Part shown: positions 25,752-35,736 of the stretch, in pieces | Position numbering within the stretch: position 1 is the first letter of the stretch | Layout of the letters: the number at the start of each line of letters is the position of its first letter | Source: Deltaproteobacteria bacterium | GTDB taxonomy: Bacteria; Myxococcota; Kuafuiibacteriia; Kuafuiibacteriales; Kuafuiibacteriaceae | NCBI GenBank assembly: GCA_040218735.1 | Contig: JAVJQW010000049.1 | Coordinates: forward strand, 77,821-141,820 | Direction: 5' to 3' | DNA: 64,000 bases | Notes under the pieces: model-generated | What the model saw: only the letters and a program-made list of their open reading frames with translations | Told to the model about the DNA's origin: nothing | Database searches by the model: none | Program-made: the position numbers and the translations under genes

Positions 25752-27782
25752 CTACTCGGGCGGGTGCGTCGTCGGCGTATCTTCGAGCAGTTTCTTGGCC
25801 GCCGCGAACGCGTCGTCGTCGCCCGCGATGCCCAGGACGTCGCCAGCGCGCAGGACCTCGTGGCCCGTGGGCAACACACGCTCGTCGTCGGCGCGGAGGA
25901 TCGATATCACCGTGGCGCCGGTGCGCCGCCGCAGGTCGAGGTCCGCGAGCGTGCGGCCGACAGCGCCGTCGGACGCCGCGACGGTCAACGAAGTGATGCG
26001 CTCGAGCGCCGGGAGCTTGGGGGCAGGGGGTTGGCCCGTCCGGTCCACGAACGCCGCGGCGATCCGCTCCGTCCCGGACGCGAGCTCGTGCTCGGCCACC
26101 GACGACGCACGCCAGAGGTAGGCCATGAACGCCAACACCGCCGCGGCGAGGAGCGGGGCGGCGAGCGGCGCACCGAGCACCGGACGAAGCACCGCGACCG
26201 CCGGGACGCCGACGCCGAGGAGCACCAGGAGGTGGACGATACCCCGCAGGAGTCGCACGACGACCTTGGCCGTCTCGGAGGTTCGCTGGTCCGCCGGCAG
26301 GAGCTCCTGCGCGAGGTGACGTGACAGGCGCGTCGACGTGCTGATCAACGCGAGGAGGATCGGGAGCGCGACGCCGAGGACCCCCGCGGTGACCAACCAC
26401 GGTCCCCGCGAAGGCCCGACGAGTGAGCTCGCCCAGGCCAGCAGGTCCGGTCGCCACGCGAGCACGAACGTCAGGAAGACGATCAGCGCGATGGCGTCGA
26501 GCGCGATCGCCCGGAGCGTGCGCACGAGGAAGGCGCGCCCCGCGGCGGAGCGTCGTCGCCCGAGCCACTCGCGCCACGTCTCGTAGAGCTGAAGGAGCAC
26601 GAAGAGGCGCCGCGGGAGGTGGGCCTCCAGGCGATCCGCGATGCGCTCGGCGTTGTTCACGACCATCGGCGTCGTGAACGCCGTCAACACCGCGACGGTG
26701 ACGAGCACCGGCTGGAGCATGTCGGGGACGACGCCAGCGGCGCGCCCGATGCCGGCGATGATGAAGGCAAACTCACCGATCTGTCCGAGGGAGAGCGCGG
26801 CGACGATCGAACGTCTGAATCCGCTCCCCGACGCGAGTCCGACGAACATGATGATGAACAGCTGCCCGCCGATGACGAGCGCGAAGACGATGAGTGAGAC
26901 GTCGATGTATTGGAGCGCTTGGCGCGGATCGACGGTCATCCCGATCGAGACGAAGAACAACGCGGCGAAGACGTCGCGCATCGGTTCGATGACGTGCTCC
27001 ACGTCGTGGCCGTGACCCGACTCGGCGACGAGGATGCCGCCGATGAACGCGCCGAGCGCGACCGAGTAACCGGCGTGCTCCGCGATGATCGCGAGCGCGA
27101 AGCAGAGGCCGAGCGCGACGACGACCAGGATCTCCTTGCTCGCGAAGCTCGCGACGCGCCGGACGATCGGAGGCACGACGAACAGCCCCGCGACGACGAG
27201 CACGAAGAGCAGCCCCCCGAGGCGGCCGAGCGTGAGGAGGAGGTCCTTCGGGCCGAGGCCGCCGCCCGCGGCGACGCCGGTCGTCACGGCGATCAGAACG
27301 ATCGCGAGGACGTCCTGCACGACGAGCACCCCCAACACGTGGGACTTCACCGCCCCTGGCACTTTGGATTGGGCGAAGACCTTGCTCACCACCATCGTGC
27401 TGGAGATCGCGATGCTCGCGCCGAGGAACACCGACGCGACGATCGTCCAGCCGAGGAGCTGCCCGAGTGTGAAGCCGCACCAGACCATGAAGCCGACCTC
27501 CACCACGCCGGTCAGGCCGGAGGTCGGGAGCACGCGCAGCAGCGTCTCGATGCGGAACTCGAGGCCGACGGCGAACATGACGAGCACGACGCCGAGCTCG
27601 GCGAGGGTCTCGATGCGGTGCGGGTCGGCGAAGATCGGGATCGGGATGTACGGGCCGACGATCAGTCCGGCGAAGAGATAGCCGAGGATCGTCGGCTGCC
27701 GTAGCCAACGGGTGACGACACTCATCAGCGCCGCGACGGCGAGGACGAGGCCGAGATCGACGACGAGTGAAGCGCCGTGCAC
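25752..27782 (-). CDS. Cation:proton antiporter (CPA2/Kef-type) with C-terminal RCK_C/TrkA-C domain
   Basis: 676 aa, ~12 TM helices, with VLGVLVVQDVLAIVLIAV-type Na_H_exchanger motifs. The C-terminus GRTLADLDLRRRTGATVISILRADDERVLPTGHEVLRAGDVLGIAGDDDA is a TrkA-C motif. Confidence 0.85.
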   Translation of the reverse strand: MHGASLVVDLGLVLAVAALMSVVTRWLRQPTILGYLFAGLIVGPYIPIPIFADPHRIETLAELGVVLVMFAVGLEFRIETLLRVLPTSGLTGVVEVGFMVWCGFTLGQLLGWTIVASVFLGASIAISSTMVVSKVFAQSKVPGAVKSHVLGVLVVQDVLAIVLIAVTTGVAAGGGLGPKDLLLTLGRLGGLLFVLVVAGLFVVPPIVRRVASFASKEILVVVALGLCFALAIIAEHAGYSVALGAFIGGILVAESGHGHDVEHVIEPMRDVFAALFFVSIGMTVDPRQALQYIDVSLIVFALVIGGQLFIIMFVGLASGSGFRRSIVAALSLGQIGEFAFIIAGIGRAAGVVPDMLQPVLVTVAVLTAFTTPMVVNNAERIADRLEAHLPRRLFVLLQLYETWREWLGRRRSAAGRAFLVRTLRAIALDAIALIVFLTFVLAWRPDLLAWASSLVGPSRGPWLVTAGVLGVALPILLALISTSTRLSRHLAQELLPADQRTSETAKVVVRLLRGIVHLLVLLGVGVPAVAVLRPVLGAPLAAPLLAAAVLAFMAYLWRASSVAEHELASGTERIAAAFVDRTGQPPAPKLPALERITSLTVAASDGAVGRTLADLDLRRRTGATVISILRADDERVLPTGHEVLRAGDVLGIAGDDDAFAAAKKLLEDTPTTHPPE

Positions 27783-27820
27783 GACTCAATCTTTCTTGCG
27801 CGACGACGGCGCGCAACGGT

Positions 27821-29002
27821 TCAGGGCCACGAAGGGAAGCTCTTTGGCGGCGTGCCGAAGCGGACCGCCGGGATGCGGCGGTTGCGCGCCGTCGCGCGCA
27901 CGGGTTCCTGGTCGGCGGGGCTCCACTCCACCTCGGGCCACCAGCGCGCCGGCGGTTTGTCGACGCCCGGCTCGAAGGATTGCCCGGGGCGGGGCGTGAG
28001 GACCACGACCTTCGCCTTCTTCGCGGCCGCGAGCACGCGCTCGATCGGCTCGGTCCATCCGTGCAGCGCGAGATCGAATGTCCCCCAGTGCACGGGGATG
28101 AGGACCTTCCCGCGGAGGAGCTGGTGCGCCTCGACGGCTTGCTCGGGACCGACGTGTACGTCGGACCAGAGTTGGTTGTAGGCGCCGGACTCGATCATCG
28201 TCGCGTCGAACGGACCGTAGCGCCGACCTATTTCGGCCATCGCCGGAAAGAACGAGGTGTCGCCGGAGAAGTACACGCGGCGGCGCGGGCCGGTGATGAC
28301 CCAGCCGGTCCAGAGCGTCTGGTCGCGGTCGGCGAGGGAGCGCCCGGAGAAGTGGCGCGATGGGACGGAGACGATGCGGTGTCGGCCGAGCTCGGCGACG
28401 TCCCACCAGTCGTGTTCGTGGATGCGGTCCGGCGGGATGCCCCACAGCTCGAGGTGCGCGCCGACGCCGAGCGGCACGTAGAACGGGACGTCGGTTTCGA
28501 CGAAGCGGAGGATCGTCGGGTAGTCGAGGTGGTCGTAGTGGTCGTGGGAAATCACGACGGCGTCGATCTTCGGGAGCTCCTCGAAGGGGAGGGGCGGTGG
28601 GTGGAAGCGCTGGGGTCCCGCCCACGTCGCGGGGGACGCGCGCTCGCCCCAGACGGGGTCGGTGAGGATCGTCTTGCCGTCGATCTCGATCAGGAGCGTG
28701 GAGTGCCCGAGCCAGGTGATGCGCAAGCCACGTTGCGGAGCCTTCGCGAACGAAGCGCGGGTACGGGGGACGATCGGGATCTCGGCGGTGGGTGAAGCGA
28801 ACTTGCTCCCGCCGCCTCCGAGGAACCGCGAGAGGAGCGCGCCGATGCTGGGGTCGCGGCGCGGGAGGAGGTCCATGAACCCGTCGCCGTTCCAGCGCAG
28901 GCCTTCTTGCATCTTCGCGAGGCGCGCCCCCCGCGGGTTGGCGCCCATCGCCGTGCACGCGGAGGCGGCGAGGAGGCTCGCGAAGAGGAGGGCGCGTCGC
29001 AC
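27821..29002 (-). CDS. MBL-fold metallo-hydrolase lipoprotein (NAPE-PLD/beta-lactamase-like family)
   Basis: GTG at 29002 gives MRRALLFASLLAASACTAMG (lipobox). VISHDHYDHLD is the metallo-beta-lactamase HxHxDH motif. The listed ORF's N-terminal 127 aa are Arg/Pro-rich and I reject them. Confidence 0.8.
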   Translation of the reverse strand: MRRALLFASLLAASACTAMGANPRGARLAKMQEGLRWNGDGFMDLLPRRDPSIGALLSRFLGGGGSKFASPTAEIPIVPRTRASFAKAPQRGLRITWLGHSTLLIEIDGKTILTDPVWGERASPATWAGPQRFHPPPLPFEELPKIDAVVISHDHYDHLDYPTILRFVETDVPFYVPLGVGAHLELWGIPPDRIHEHDWWDVAELGRHRIVSVPSRHFSGRSLADRDQTLWTGWVITGPRRRVYFSGDTSFFPAMAEIGRRYGPFDATMIESGAYNQLWSDVHVGPEQAVEAHQLLRGKVLIPVHWGTFDLALHGWTEPIERVLAAAKKAKVVVLTPRPGQSFEPGVDKPPARWWPEVEWSPADQEPVRATARNRRIPAVRFGTPPKSFPSWP

Positions 29003-29089
29003 GGCGCAGAGCGTACGTGGCCCAGGAGCACGGCGCACCTCGAAAATTCGAGGGGGCCGATCGCGGGTTGGAGGAGGTAGGAAGGAACC

Positions 29090-30121
29090 ATGAGGCGATG
29101 GTGGATGGGCGCGGCCCTGCTGTTGGTCGCGTGCGCCGGCACCGAGCCGGACGTGACGCCCGGGCGCGACGCGGGGACGGTCCGCGACGGAGGCACTGAC
29201 GGCGGAGTGAATCGCGACGCCGGACCGGCGCGCGACGCCGGGCCCGCGCGGGACGGCGGCCCGCGGCGCGACGCGGGCCCGTCGACGTGTCCGCCCGCCG
29301 AGGACTACGTCGGCGACGGCGCGTGGACCGGAGCGTTGGTGGTGCCGTCCGGGCTGACGTTGTGCAGGTTCGCCGCGCAGCACGAGCCCATCGAGGACGT
29401 CTACGCGCGCCGCGGGGAGGCGACGCTCCCGGCCGGGACGTTCCCGCTCCCGACGGAAGCGACGGACGAAGCGATCTTCCTGCCGATGTGTCTACCGTCG
29501 GGGCCGGACCTTTCGGCCGGCACCGTGTCCGCCGAGCGTGGGACGCGACTGGACGACGCGACGGAGCGGTACCACGTCACGGTGACGCAGCCGGCGGCCG
29601 ACGGCACGTCGGTGCAACTAACGACGTCGCTGCCGACCGACGATCCGACGATGACGATCGACGGGCCGGTTTCGACGTACGGCGCGCTGGCGCTCACGCA
29701 CTGCCGCGAAAAGAACTGCTTCCAGGATCAGGACCTGTATCTGCCGTGCGCGCTCACGCCGAACATGTGTGATCGGCTGACCTTCACGGACGGTGACATC
29801 GCGATCGATCAGTTCCACTGGGCCGGTTCGGTCGGCGCGGGGTTCGCGGCGGCGATGCGCGCGCAAGGCACCTTCCGCGGCACGGGCTTCGACGTCTCCG
29901 CGTACCCGCAGCTCACGATGGCCTACGGCCACCACGCCTTCACGCGATCGCTGTGGCTCACGTTCGACGCGCCGATCGATGGCGTGTGCGCGCTGCGATT
30001 CGCGGAGGTCGGTGAGTACGGTCAGCTCGACCCGGTGGAGCTGCTCGACTGCGACGGGAACTCACGCGGTACCTCCGCGATCACGGCGGACAGTCATGAG
30101 TTTCGGATGAGTTGTAACTGA
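29090..30121 (+). CDS. Lipoprotein, function unknown
   Basis: MRRWWMGAALLLVACAGTEP is a lipoprotein signal, followed by a RDAGP-repeat linker (DAGPARDAGPARDGGPRRDAGP) and then a Cys-containing globular part. Confidence 0.65.
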   Translation: MRRWWMGAALLLVACAGTEPDVTPGRDAGTVRDGGTDGGVNRDAGPARDAGPARDGGPRRDAGPSTCPPAEDYVGDGAWTGALVVPSGLTLCRFAAQHEPIEDVYARRGEATLPAGTFPLPTEATDEAIFLPMCLPSGPDLSAGTVSAERGTRLDDATERYHVTVTQPAADGTSVQLTTSLPTDDPTMTIDGPVSTYGALALTHCREKNCFQDQDLYLPCALTPNMCDRLTFTDGDIAIDQFHWAGSVGAGFAAAMRAQGTFRGTGFDVSAYPQLTMAYGHHAFTRSLWLTFDAPIDGVCALRFAEVGEYGQLDPVELLDCDGNSRGTSAITADSHEFRMSCN

Positions 30122-30965
30122 GTAGGAATTGACTCGGTGGCTCGCCCACGATCGCCTTGAAGTCACGCGCGAGGTGCGCCTGGTCGGTGTAGCCGAGGGC
30201 CGCCGCGAGGTCGGCGAGGGTGCGGTCGTCCCCGCGCTCGAGCCGCAGCGCGACCTCCTGCAGGCGGTTCACCCGGATGACCCACTTGGGCGTGGCGCCG
30301 ACGTGGGTCCGGAACAGCCGCTGGAGCTGGCGTACGCTGTTGCCGGTCTGCTGCGCGAGCTGGTCGACGGAGGTCAGCTCCGGGTCTTCGCAGATCGCCC
30401 GCACCAGGGCGATGGCGTCGCCGGCCTCGTCGTCCGCTCGGCGATGGGACAGCAGCCACGATTCGATGCGCGCGAAGGCGGCCTCGTCGTCGTCGACGTC
30501 CGAGAGCTCGGCGTGGAGCGCTTCGGCGTCGTCGAACAGCTCCGTGAGCGGGACGATAAGACCCGTGAGCGTGTGCGCCGGGCGCTCGGTGAACGCCCGG
30601 ACCGCGCCCGGGTGGAGCTTGATGCCGCGGACCCGTCCGACGCCCGCGAGCTCGCGCTCCCACAGGCGCGTCCACACCCCGACGACCCGTGCGCCGACCT
30701 GGGGCCCGGTGCCGTCCTCGAAGACGAAGTGCACGCTCGGGTCCGCGAGGAGCCTGGAGGTGTGGGGTGCCTCGGCTTCGAGCGACCAACGGCCGGCCCA
30801 GAACGCCTCGACCGCGTCTTCGACCGAAGCCGGTGCTCGGTAGCGCGCCGCTTGGATGCGTCGACCGCTGTCGACGTTCGACACCAGACCTCGCGCCCGT
30901 CGGTTCCCGGTCGGTCGCGTTTGTACAAGCCGGCCCCCCGACACGTCGGTTACCCATAGAGCCAT
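30081..30965 (-). CDS. AraC/XylS-family transcriptional regulator
   Basis: The C-terminal HTH signature VDQLAQQTGNSVRQLQRLFRTHVGATPKWVIRVNRLQEVALRL...GYTDQAHLARDFKAIVGEPPSQF matches the HTH_AraC domain. The start is uncertain: ATG 30965, or GTG 30944. Divergent from a cupin gene. The 3' end overlaps the 29090..30121 gene by 40 bp. Confidence 0.7.
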   Translation of the reverse strand: MALWVTDVSGGRLVQTRPTGNRRARGLVSNVDSGRRIQAARYRAPASVEDAVEAFWAGRWSLEAEAPHTSRLLADPSVHFVFEDGTGPQVGARVVGVWTRLWERELAGVGRVRGIKLHPGAVRAFTERPAHTLTGLIVPLTELFDDAEALHAELSDVDDDEAAFARIESWLLSHRRADDEAGDAIALVRAICEDPELTSVDQLAQQTGNSVRQLQRLFRTHVGATPKWVIRVNRLQEVALRLERGDDRTLADLAAALGYTDQAHLARDFKAIVGEPPSQFLLSYNSSETHDCPP

Positions 30966-31338
30966 GGAAGACATCACGGTCAAGTCCCTCGAATCCTGCG
31001 CGCCCTACGAAGGGCCCCACGCGATCGAGGGCATCCGATTTCGCCACGTGCGGGAGGCGCTCGGCGTCACCGCATGGGGCATGAACGTCCTCGAGCTGGA
31101 CCCCGGCAACACCGGCTACCCCGAGCACGACCACGTCGAGGACGGCCAAGAAGAGGTCTACGTGATCCTCACCGGTTCGGTGGTCCTCGAAGCCGACGGC
31201 GAGTCACGAACCCTGAACGCCGGCGACTTCGCGCGCGTCGCGCCGCACGTGAAGCGCAAGCTCGTCACGACCGGCTCCAGCGTTCGTGTCCTCGCGATCG
31301 GAGGCACACCCGGTCGCCCTTACACGTCCAACCTGTGA
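30964..31338 (+). CDS. Cupin-domain protein (small, ~125 aa)
   Basis: MEDITVKSLESCAPYEGPHAIEGIRFRHV...GYPEHDHVEDGQEEVYVILTGSVVLEADGESRTLNAGDFARVAPHVKRKL has the cupin two-His motif pattern (HxH...E...H). Divergent from the AraC gene. Confidence 0.65.
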   Translation: MEDITVKSLESCAPYEGPHAIEGIRFRHVREALGVTAWGMNVLELDPGNTGYPEHDHVEDGQEEVYVILTGSVVLEADGESRTLNAGDFARVAPHVKRKLVTTGSSVRVLAIGGTPGRPYTSNL

Positions 31339-31509
31339 GTGCATGGGCGGCGCTGCGGGGTGCGCGGGGCGTCGCGCACCTTGTAGCGGGGGTCGAGCGC
31401 CCCCCAACCGCGCGAGGGCGTCGCCTGGCGCCCCCTGGGTTCCACATCGAGAGGGCGCAAGTCAGCTTGCGTGAGCGTCGGCACACGATCTGCTTTCGGA
31501 GTCCGCCTG

Positions 31510-33759
31510 ATGACGATCAGGGTCCCAGACTCCATGCGACAATCTCTGTGGTTCGGTATCGGTGTCGTCCTTGCGACGGGGTGTGTCGCCAAGGGTGATC
31601 CGGCCGCGCCCGACGAAGGGTGTGTCTCCGACGAGAAGTTCTTCGCCGCCGAGGTGTGGGGGCCGACGCTGTCGAGCAACTGCTTCCAGTGCCACAACGC
31701 CCAGGGCGCGGCGAACCAGACGAAGTTCGTCCTGCGCAGTGAAGCCGAGACCGGCTTCATGGAGGCGAACCTGAAGATCGTCCAGGACGTGGCGGCGTTC
31801 GAGGTCGACGGCACGTCGATCCTCCTCCTGAAGCCGACCCTCCAGATCCCGCACGAAGGCGGCATGCGCATCGCGGCCGACGGCCCCGAGTACGCAGCCA
31901 TCGCGGAGCTGGTGCGCCGCATGGACGAGCCGGTCGCGTGTGAGGACGCGCCGGACGAGACGTACTTCGAAGGCGTCGTCATGGCGGACGACGTCTCGCT
32001 CCTGCGCAAGGTCGCGCTGAACCTCGTGGGGCGGCTCCCCACGGCGGACGAGACCGCGCGCGTCCAAGACGGGGGCGAGGCGGCGCTCGGCGCGGTGCTC
32101 GACGGGATGATGACCGAGCCGGCGTTCTACGAGCGGCTCAAGGAGATCTACAACGACCAGTTCCTCACGGACCGGTACCTTCGGAACAACGACGCCGTCG
32201 ACCTGTTGGACGCGACGGACTACCCGACGCGACGCTTCTACGAGAGCGACGAGGACGAGAGTCGGCGCAACACGCTGCGTTCGCTGGCCAACTACGGCGT
32301 CGCGCGGGAGCCGCTCGAGCTCATCGCCCACGTCGTACGGAACAACCGGCCGTTCACCGAGATCGTCACCGCCGACTACATCATGATGAATTCGTTCTCG
32401 GCGCGAACGTACGGCGCGAGTGACTACGCGTACGTCGACCGCACCGAGATCGATCTCTACAACCCGGATGAGTTCTTCGAGGCGCGCGTGCCCGGCGTCC
32501 CGCACGCGGGCGTGCTGACTTCACACATGTTCCTCAACCGGTTCCCGACCACGGACACCAACGTGAACCGCCACCGCGCGCGGATGACTTATCAGTTCTT
32601 CCTCGCGACCGACGTGCTGAAGCTCGCGGAGCGGCCCGTGGACCCCACCCAGATCCAGGACCACAACCCGACGCTCTACAACCCCGGCTGCAACGTCTGC
32701 CACGCGACGATCGATCCGGTCGCCGGCGCGTTCCAGAACTGGGACGACCGCGGTCGCTACCGCGTCCTCGAGAACGGTTGGCACTCCGACATGCGACCCC
32801 CGGGCTTCGGCGAGACGACGGTGCCCGCGGGTGATTCGACGCAGAGCCTCCGCTGGCTCGGTCAGCAAATCGCGACGGACGATCGGTTCGCGACGTCCGC
32901 GATTCACACGATGTACCGCGCGCTGACCGGTGAGGAGCCGCTCTCCTCGCAGACCGCGACGCTGCGGGCATTCGAGGCGCAGGAGGATCTCTTCAAGGCG
33001 ATCCGTCGGCAGTTCATCGACAGCGGTCACGACTTCAAGGTCATGGTGAAGGCGCTCGTGATGTCGCCGTACGTTCGGGCGAAGGACTACCGCGGCGCGG
33101 ACCGCGCCGGTGAGCTCGACAGCGTGGGCTCCGCGCACCTGCTGACGCCGGAGCAGCTCGACCGGAAGATCGAAGCCGTCCTCGGGTTCGCGTGGGAGCG
33201 CAATGGGCGACGGCAGCTGCTGTCGACGAACGAGATGATGATCTTCTACGGGGGCATCGACTCGAACCAGATCACCAAGCGCATCACCGAGCCGAACGGC
33301 GTCATGGCGAGCATCGCCACGCGCATGGCGAACGAGATGTCGTGCCTCGCGGTGCCGCAGGACTTCACACACGACGCGGCCGACCGCCGCCTCTTCCCGC
33401 ACGTGGAGATGAGCTTCGTGCCCGAGGACGACAATGGGTTCGAGGTGCCGGGCGCCGTCGAACGCATCAAGGACAACATTCGGCACCTGCACCAGCACAT
33501 CCTCGGCGAGGAGGTCTCTTCGGTGGAGCTCGAGCGGACCTACGCGTTGTTCGTCGACACCTGGCGCGAAGGTCGCGCGGGCGTCATCGACGAGACGATC
33601 GACCGCGACAGCTGGAACTGCCGTGCGGAGCGCGACCCGATCACCGGCGAAGACCTGCCGGAGGAGCGACGCGTGCGACGCGACGAGGACTACACGATGC
33701 GCGCCTGGATGGCCGTCGTGACCTACCTGCTGTCCGACTACGACTTCCTCTACGAGTGA
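31510..33759 (+). CDS. DUF1592/DUF1588/DUF1585-like CxxCH protein (second, larger paralogue)
   Basis: MTIRVPDSMRQSLWFGIGVVLATGC signal. CFQCHNAQGAANQTKF and CNVCHATIDPVAGAFQNWDDRGR motifs. Followed 20 bp downstream by a DUF1552-like gene with a strong RBS. Confidence 0.8.
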   Translation: MTIRVPDSMRQSLWFGIGVVLATGCVAKGDPAAPDEGCVSDEKFFAAEVWGPTLSSNCFQCHNAQGAANQTKFVLRSEAETGFMEANLKIVQDVAAFEVDGTSILLLKPTLQIPHEGGMRIAADGPEYAAIAELVRRMDEPVACEDAPDETYFEGVVMADDVSLLRKVALNLVGRLPTADETARVQDGGEAALGAVLDGMMTEPAFYERLKEIYNDQFLTDRYLRNNDAVDLLDATDYPTRRFYESDEDESRRNTLRSLANYGVAREPLELIAHVVRNNRPFTEIVTADYIMMNSFSARTYGASDYAYVDRTEIDLYNPDEFFEARVPGVPHAGVLTSHMFLNRFPTTDTNVNRHRARMTYQFFLATDVLKLAERPVDPTQIQDHNPTLYNPGCNVCHATIDPVAGAFQNWDDRGRYRVLENGWHSDMRPPGFGETTVPAGDSTQSLRWLGQQIATDDRFATSAIHTMYRALTGEEPLSSQTATLRAFEAQEDLFKAIRRQFIDSGHDFKVMVKALVMSPYVRAKDYRGADRAGELDSVGSAHLLTPEQLDRKIEAVLGFAWERNGRRQLLSTNEMMIFYGGIDSNQITKRITEPNGVMASIATRMANEMSCLAVPQDFTHDAADRRLFPHVEMSFVPEDDNGFEVPGAVERIKDNIRHLHQHILGEEVSSVELERTYALFVDTWREGRAGVIDETIDRDSWNCRAERDPITGEDLPEERRVRRDEDYTMRAWMAVVTYLLSDYDFLYE

Positions 33760-33779
33760 GCACTAGGAGCCCATCGAAA

Positions 33780-35030
33780 ATGCAACGCCGAGACTTCTTG
33801 AAAGCAGCTGGATTCGCGGGACTGTCGCTCGTGTCGCCGTTGGCGGCGCGCACGGCCCGGGCGGAGCCCTACGAGGGACGCTTCTGGATCTTCGTGAACG
33901 CCGGGGGAGGCTGGGATCCGACGAGCCTCTGTGACCCGAAGGGTGCGACGAGTGAAGACGATCCGGATCCGATGAACCACTACCTGCGCGATCAGATCGG
34001 GCAGGCCGGGAACATCAGCTACGCGCCGGCGCCGGGGAACCAAGAGTTCTTCGACAAGTATTACCAGCGACTGACCATCATCAACGGACTCGACACCGCG
34101 ACCAACGGGCACGACTCGGGCTCGCGCCACATCTGGAGCGGCCGCCTCGCGGAAGGTTATCCGTCGCTCGCCGCGCTGCTTGCAGGCTCGCTTGCGCCGA
34201 CGAAGCCGCTCGCGTTCATCAGCAACGGTGGGTACGACCTGACGCAGGGGCTCGTCGCGCCCACGCGCACCGGTTCGACGGGTGCGCTCGGGCGCATCGC
34301 GTACCCGAACCGCCCGGACCCGGGTGACGGCGAACGGAGCTACCACCTGGACTCGACGATGGAGCGCATCCAGCTCGCGCAGCAGGAGCGGCTTGCGGCG
34401 AAGCGCGAGCGCATGGGGCTCCCGAACCGACGCGCTTCGATGAACCAGCTGTTCCTCGCGACACAGGGCAAGAACGAGATCCGACGACTCACCGAGTTCC
34501 TCCCGGACCTCGACGGCTCGAACAACCCGCTGCTGCGTCAGGCGCAGCTCGCGATCGCCGCTTATCGCGCGGGGGTCTCGGTGAGCGCGAACCTGAACAT
34601 CGGCGGCTTCGACACGCACGGTGACCACGACAACCGTTCGGTCCCGCGGATGCAGATGCTCCTTCAGGGCGTGGACTTCATCATGGAAGAGGCGGCGCGC
34701 CAGGGCGTCGGGGACAAGGTCATCGTCGCGGTCGGGTCCGACTTCGGCCGCACGCCGGGGTACAACGGCGACAACGGCAAGGACCACTGGTCGATCACGA
34801 GCATGATGTTCATCGGTGCCGGCATCCCCGGGAACCGGGTCATCGGCTCGACGGACGACGGGCACGTCCCGATCCCGGTGAATCCGACGACGCTCGCGAG
34901 CGACCCGAACGGCATCCGCATCGAGCCGAAGCACGTGCACGGCGCGCTGCGTCGGCTGGCGGGCGTCGACGGCAGCGATGCGGCGCAGCTGTACCCGATC
35001 GGCGAGGAGCCTATCGCGCTGTTCGGATAG
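33780..35030 (+). CDS. DUF1552-like Tat-signal protein (second paralogue)
   Basis: AGGAG RBS at 33765-33769. MQRRDFLKAAGFAGLSLVSPLAARTARA is a Tat signal. Shares the HGDHDNRS / DHW core motifs with the 6256..7575 protein. Confidence 0.8.
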   Translation: MQRRDFLKAAGFAGLSLVSPLAARTARAEPYEGRFWIFVNAGGGWDPTSLCDPKGATSEDDPDPMNHYLRDQIGQAGNISYAPAPGNQEFFDKYYQRLTIINGLDTATNGHDSGSRHIWSGRLAEGYPSLAALLAGSLAPTKPLAFISNGGYDLTQGLVAPTRTGSTGALGRIAYPNRPDPGDGERSYHLDSTMERIQLAQQERLAAKRERMGLPNRRASMNQLFLATQGKNEIRRLTEFLPDLDGSNNPLLRQAQLAIAAYRAGVSVSANLNIGGFDTHGDHDNRSVPRMQMLLQGVDFIMEEAARQGVGDKVIVAVGSDFGRTPGYNGDNGKDHWSITSMMFIGAGIPGNRVIGSTDDGHVPIPVNPTTLASDPNGIRIEPKHVHGALRRLAGVDGSDAAQLYPIGEEPIALFG

Positions 35031-35046
35031 CTGCAGGTAGTCGCGG

Positions 35047-35652
35047 TTAGTCGGCGACGAAGGTGCCGCTGATCTCGGTGACGTGGTTCTCCGTCTGGAA
35101 CACGAAGTCGTAGTACGGGAGGCCTCCCTCCGCGGTCATCTCGATCTCACCCTCGATCTGGCCGCCGCTGACGGCGGTGACGCTGAGGGTCGCGGTGATC
35201 GTCTGCGCCCACCACGGGTCGGGACCACAGTAGCAGCCGACCTGGACGTACGCGCTGCGCACGTCGGCGTCGTGGGCGCTGCGCCCGGTCGACGTCACGC
35301 TCTTGGGCCCCCCGCGCATGAGATCTTCGGGGGCCTCGAAGGTCGTGACGGCGTCGACGACGATCGTGTCGCCGGCCTGTCGCGAGAAGAGGTCGTCGAT
35401 GATGAATGTCGCGTAGATCCCCATCTCGTCGTCGGCGATGTCGGGGTCATGGGGACGCATCCCACCCATCGAGAGGCGCCAGGTCGAGGCCGTGGTGGAG
35501 GAGACGGACGCCGAGAAGTCGACCGCGCCGAAGTCCTCGCCATCGACCTCGATCGTGAGCACGGTGCCGTCGGCGCTCGGGCTCGACGAGGAGGAGGAGG
35601 GGCCGCACGCGAGGGCCGTGAGCGCGAGGAGCGGGAGGGACAGGCGGATCAT
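35047..35652 (-). CDS. Lipoprotein, function unknown
   Basis: MIRLSLPLLALTALACGPSSSSSSP is a lipoprotein signal. Convergent to the DUF1552-like gene. Confidence 0.6.
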   Translation of the reverse strand: MIRLSLPLLALTALACGPSSSSSSPSADGTVLTIEVDGEDFGAVDFSASVSSTTASTWRLSMGGMRPHDPDIADDEMGIYATFIIDDLFSRQAGDTIVVDAVTTFEAPEDLMRGGPKSVTSTGRSAHDADVRSAYVQVGCYCGPDPWWAQTITATLSVTAVSGGQIEGEIEMTAEGGLPYYDFVFQTENHVTEISGTFVAD

Positions 35653-35736
35653 GCTTTCGTGGCCAAGTGCAGGAGTGATGCCGGTGGCGCAGCCTCGAGC
35701 GACTGCGGCGCGCGGACGTGGAGCGCGACATCCTTG

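Noticed and set aside
25050-26324. 424-aa + strand ORF, and the other + strand ORFs (26619..27704, 27767..28795) across the antiporter and MBL-hydrolase genes
   Set aside because: Antisense to genes with clear TM and HxHxDH signatures. Arg/Glu/Asp/Gly low-complexity composition.
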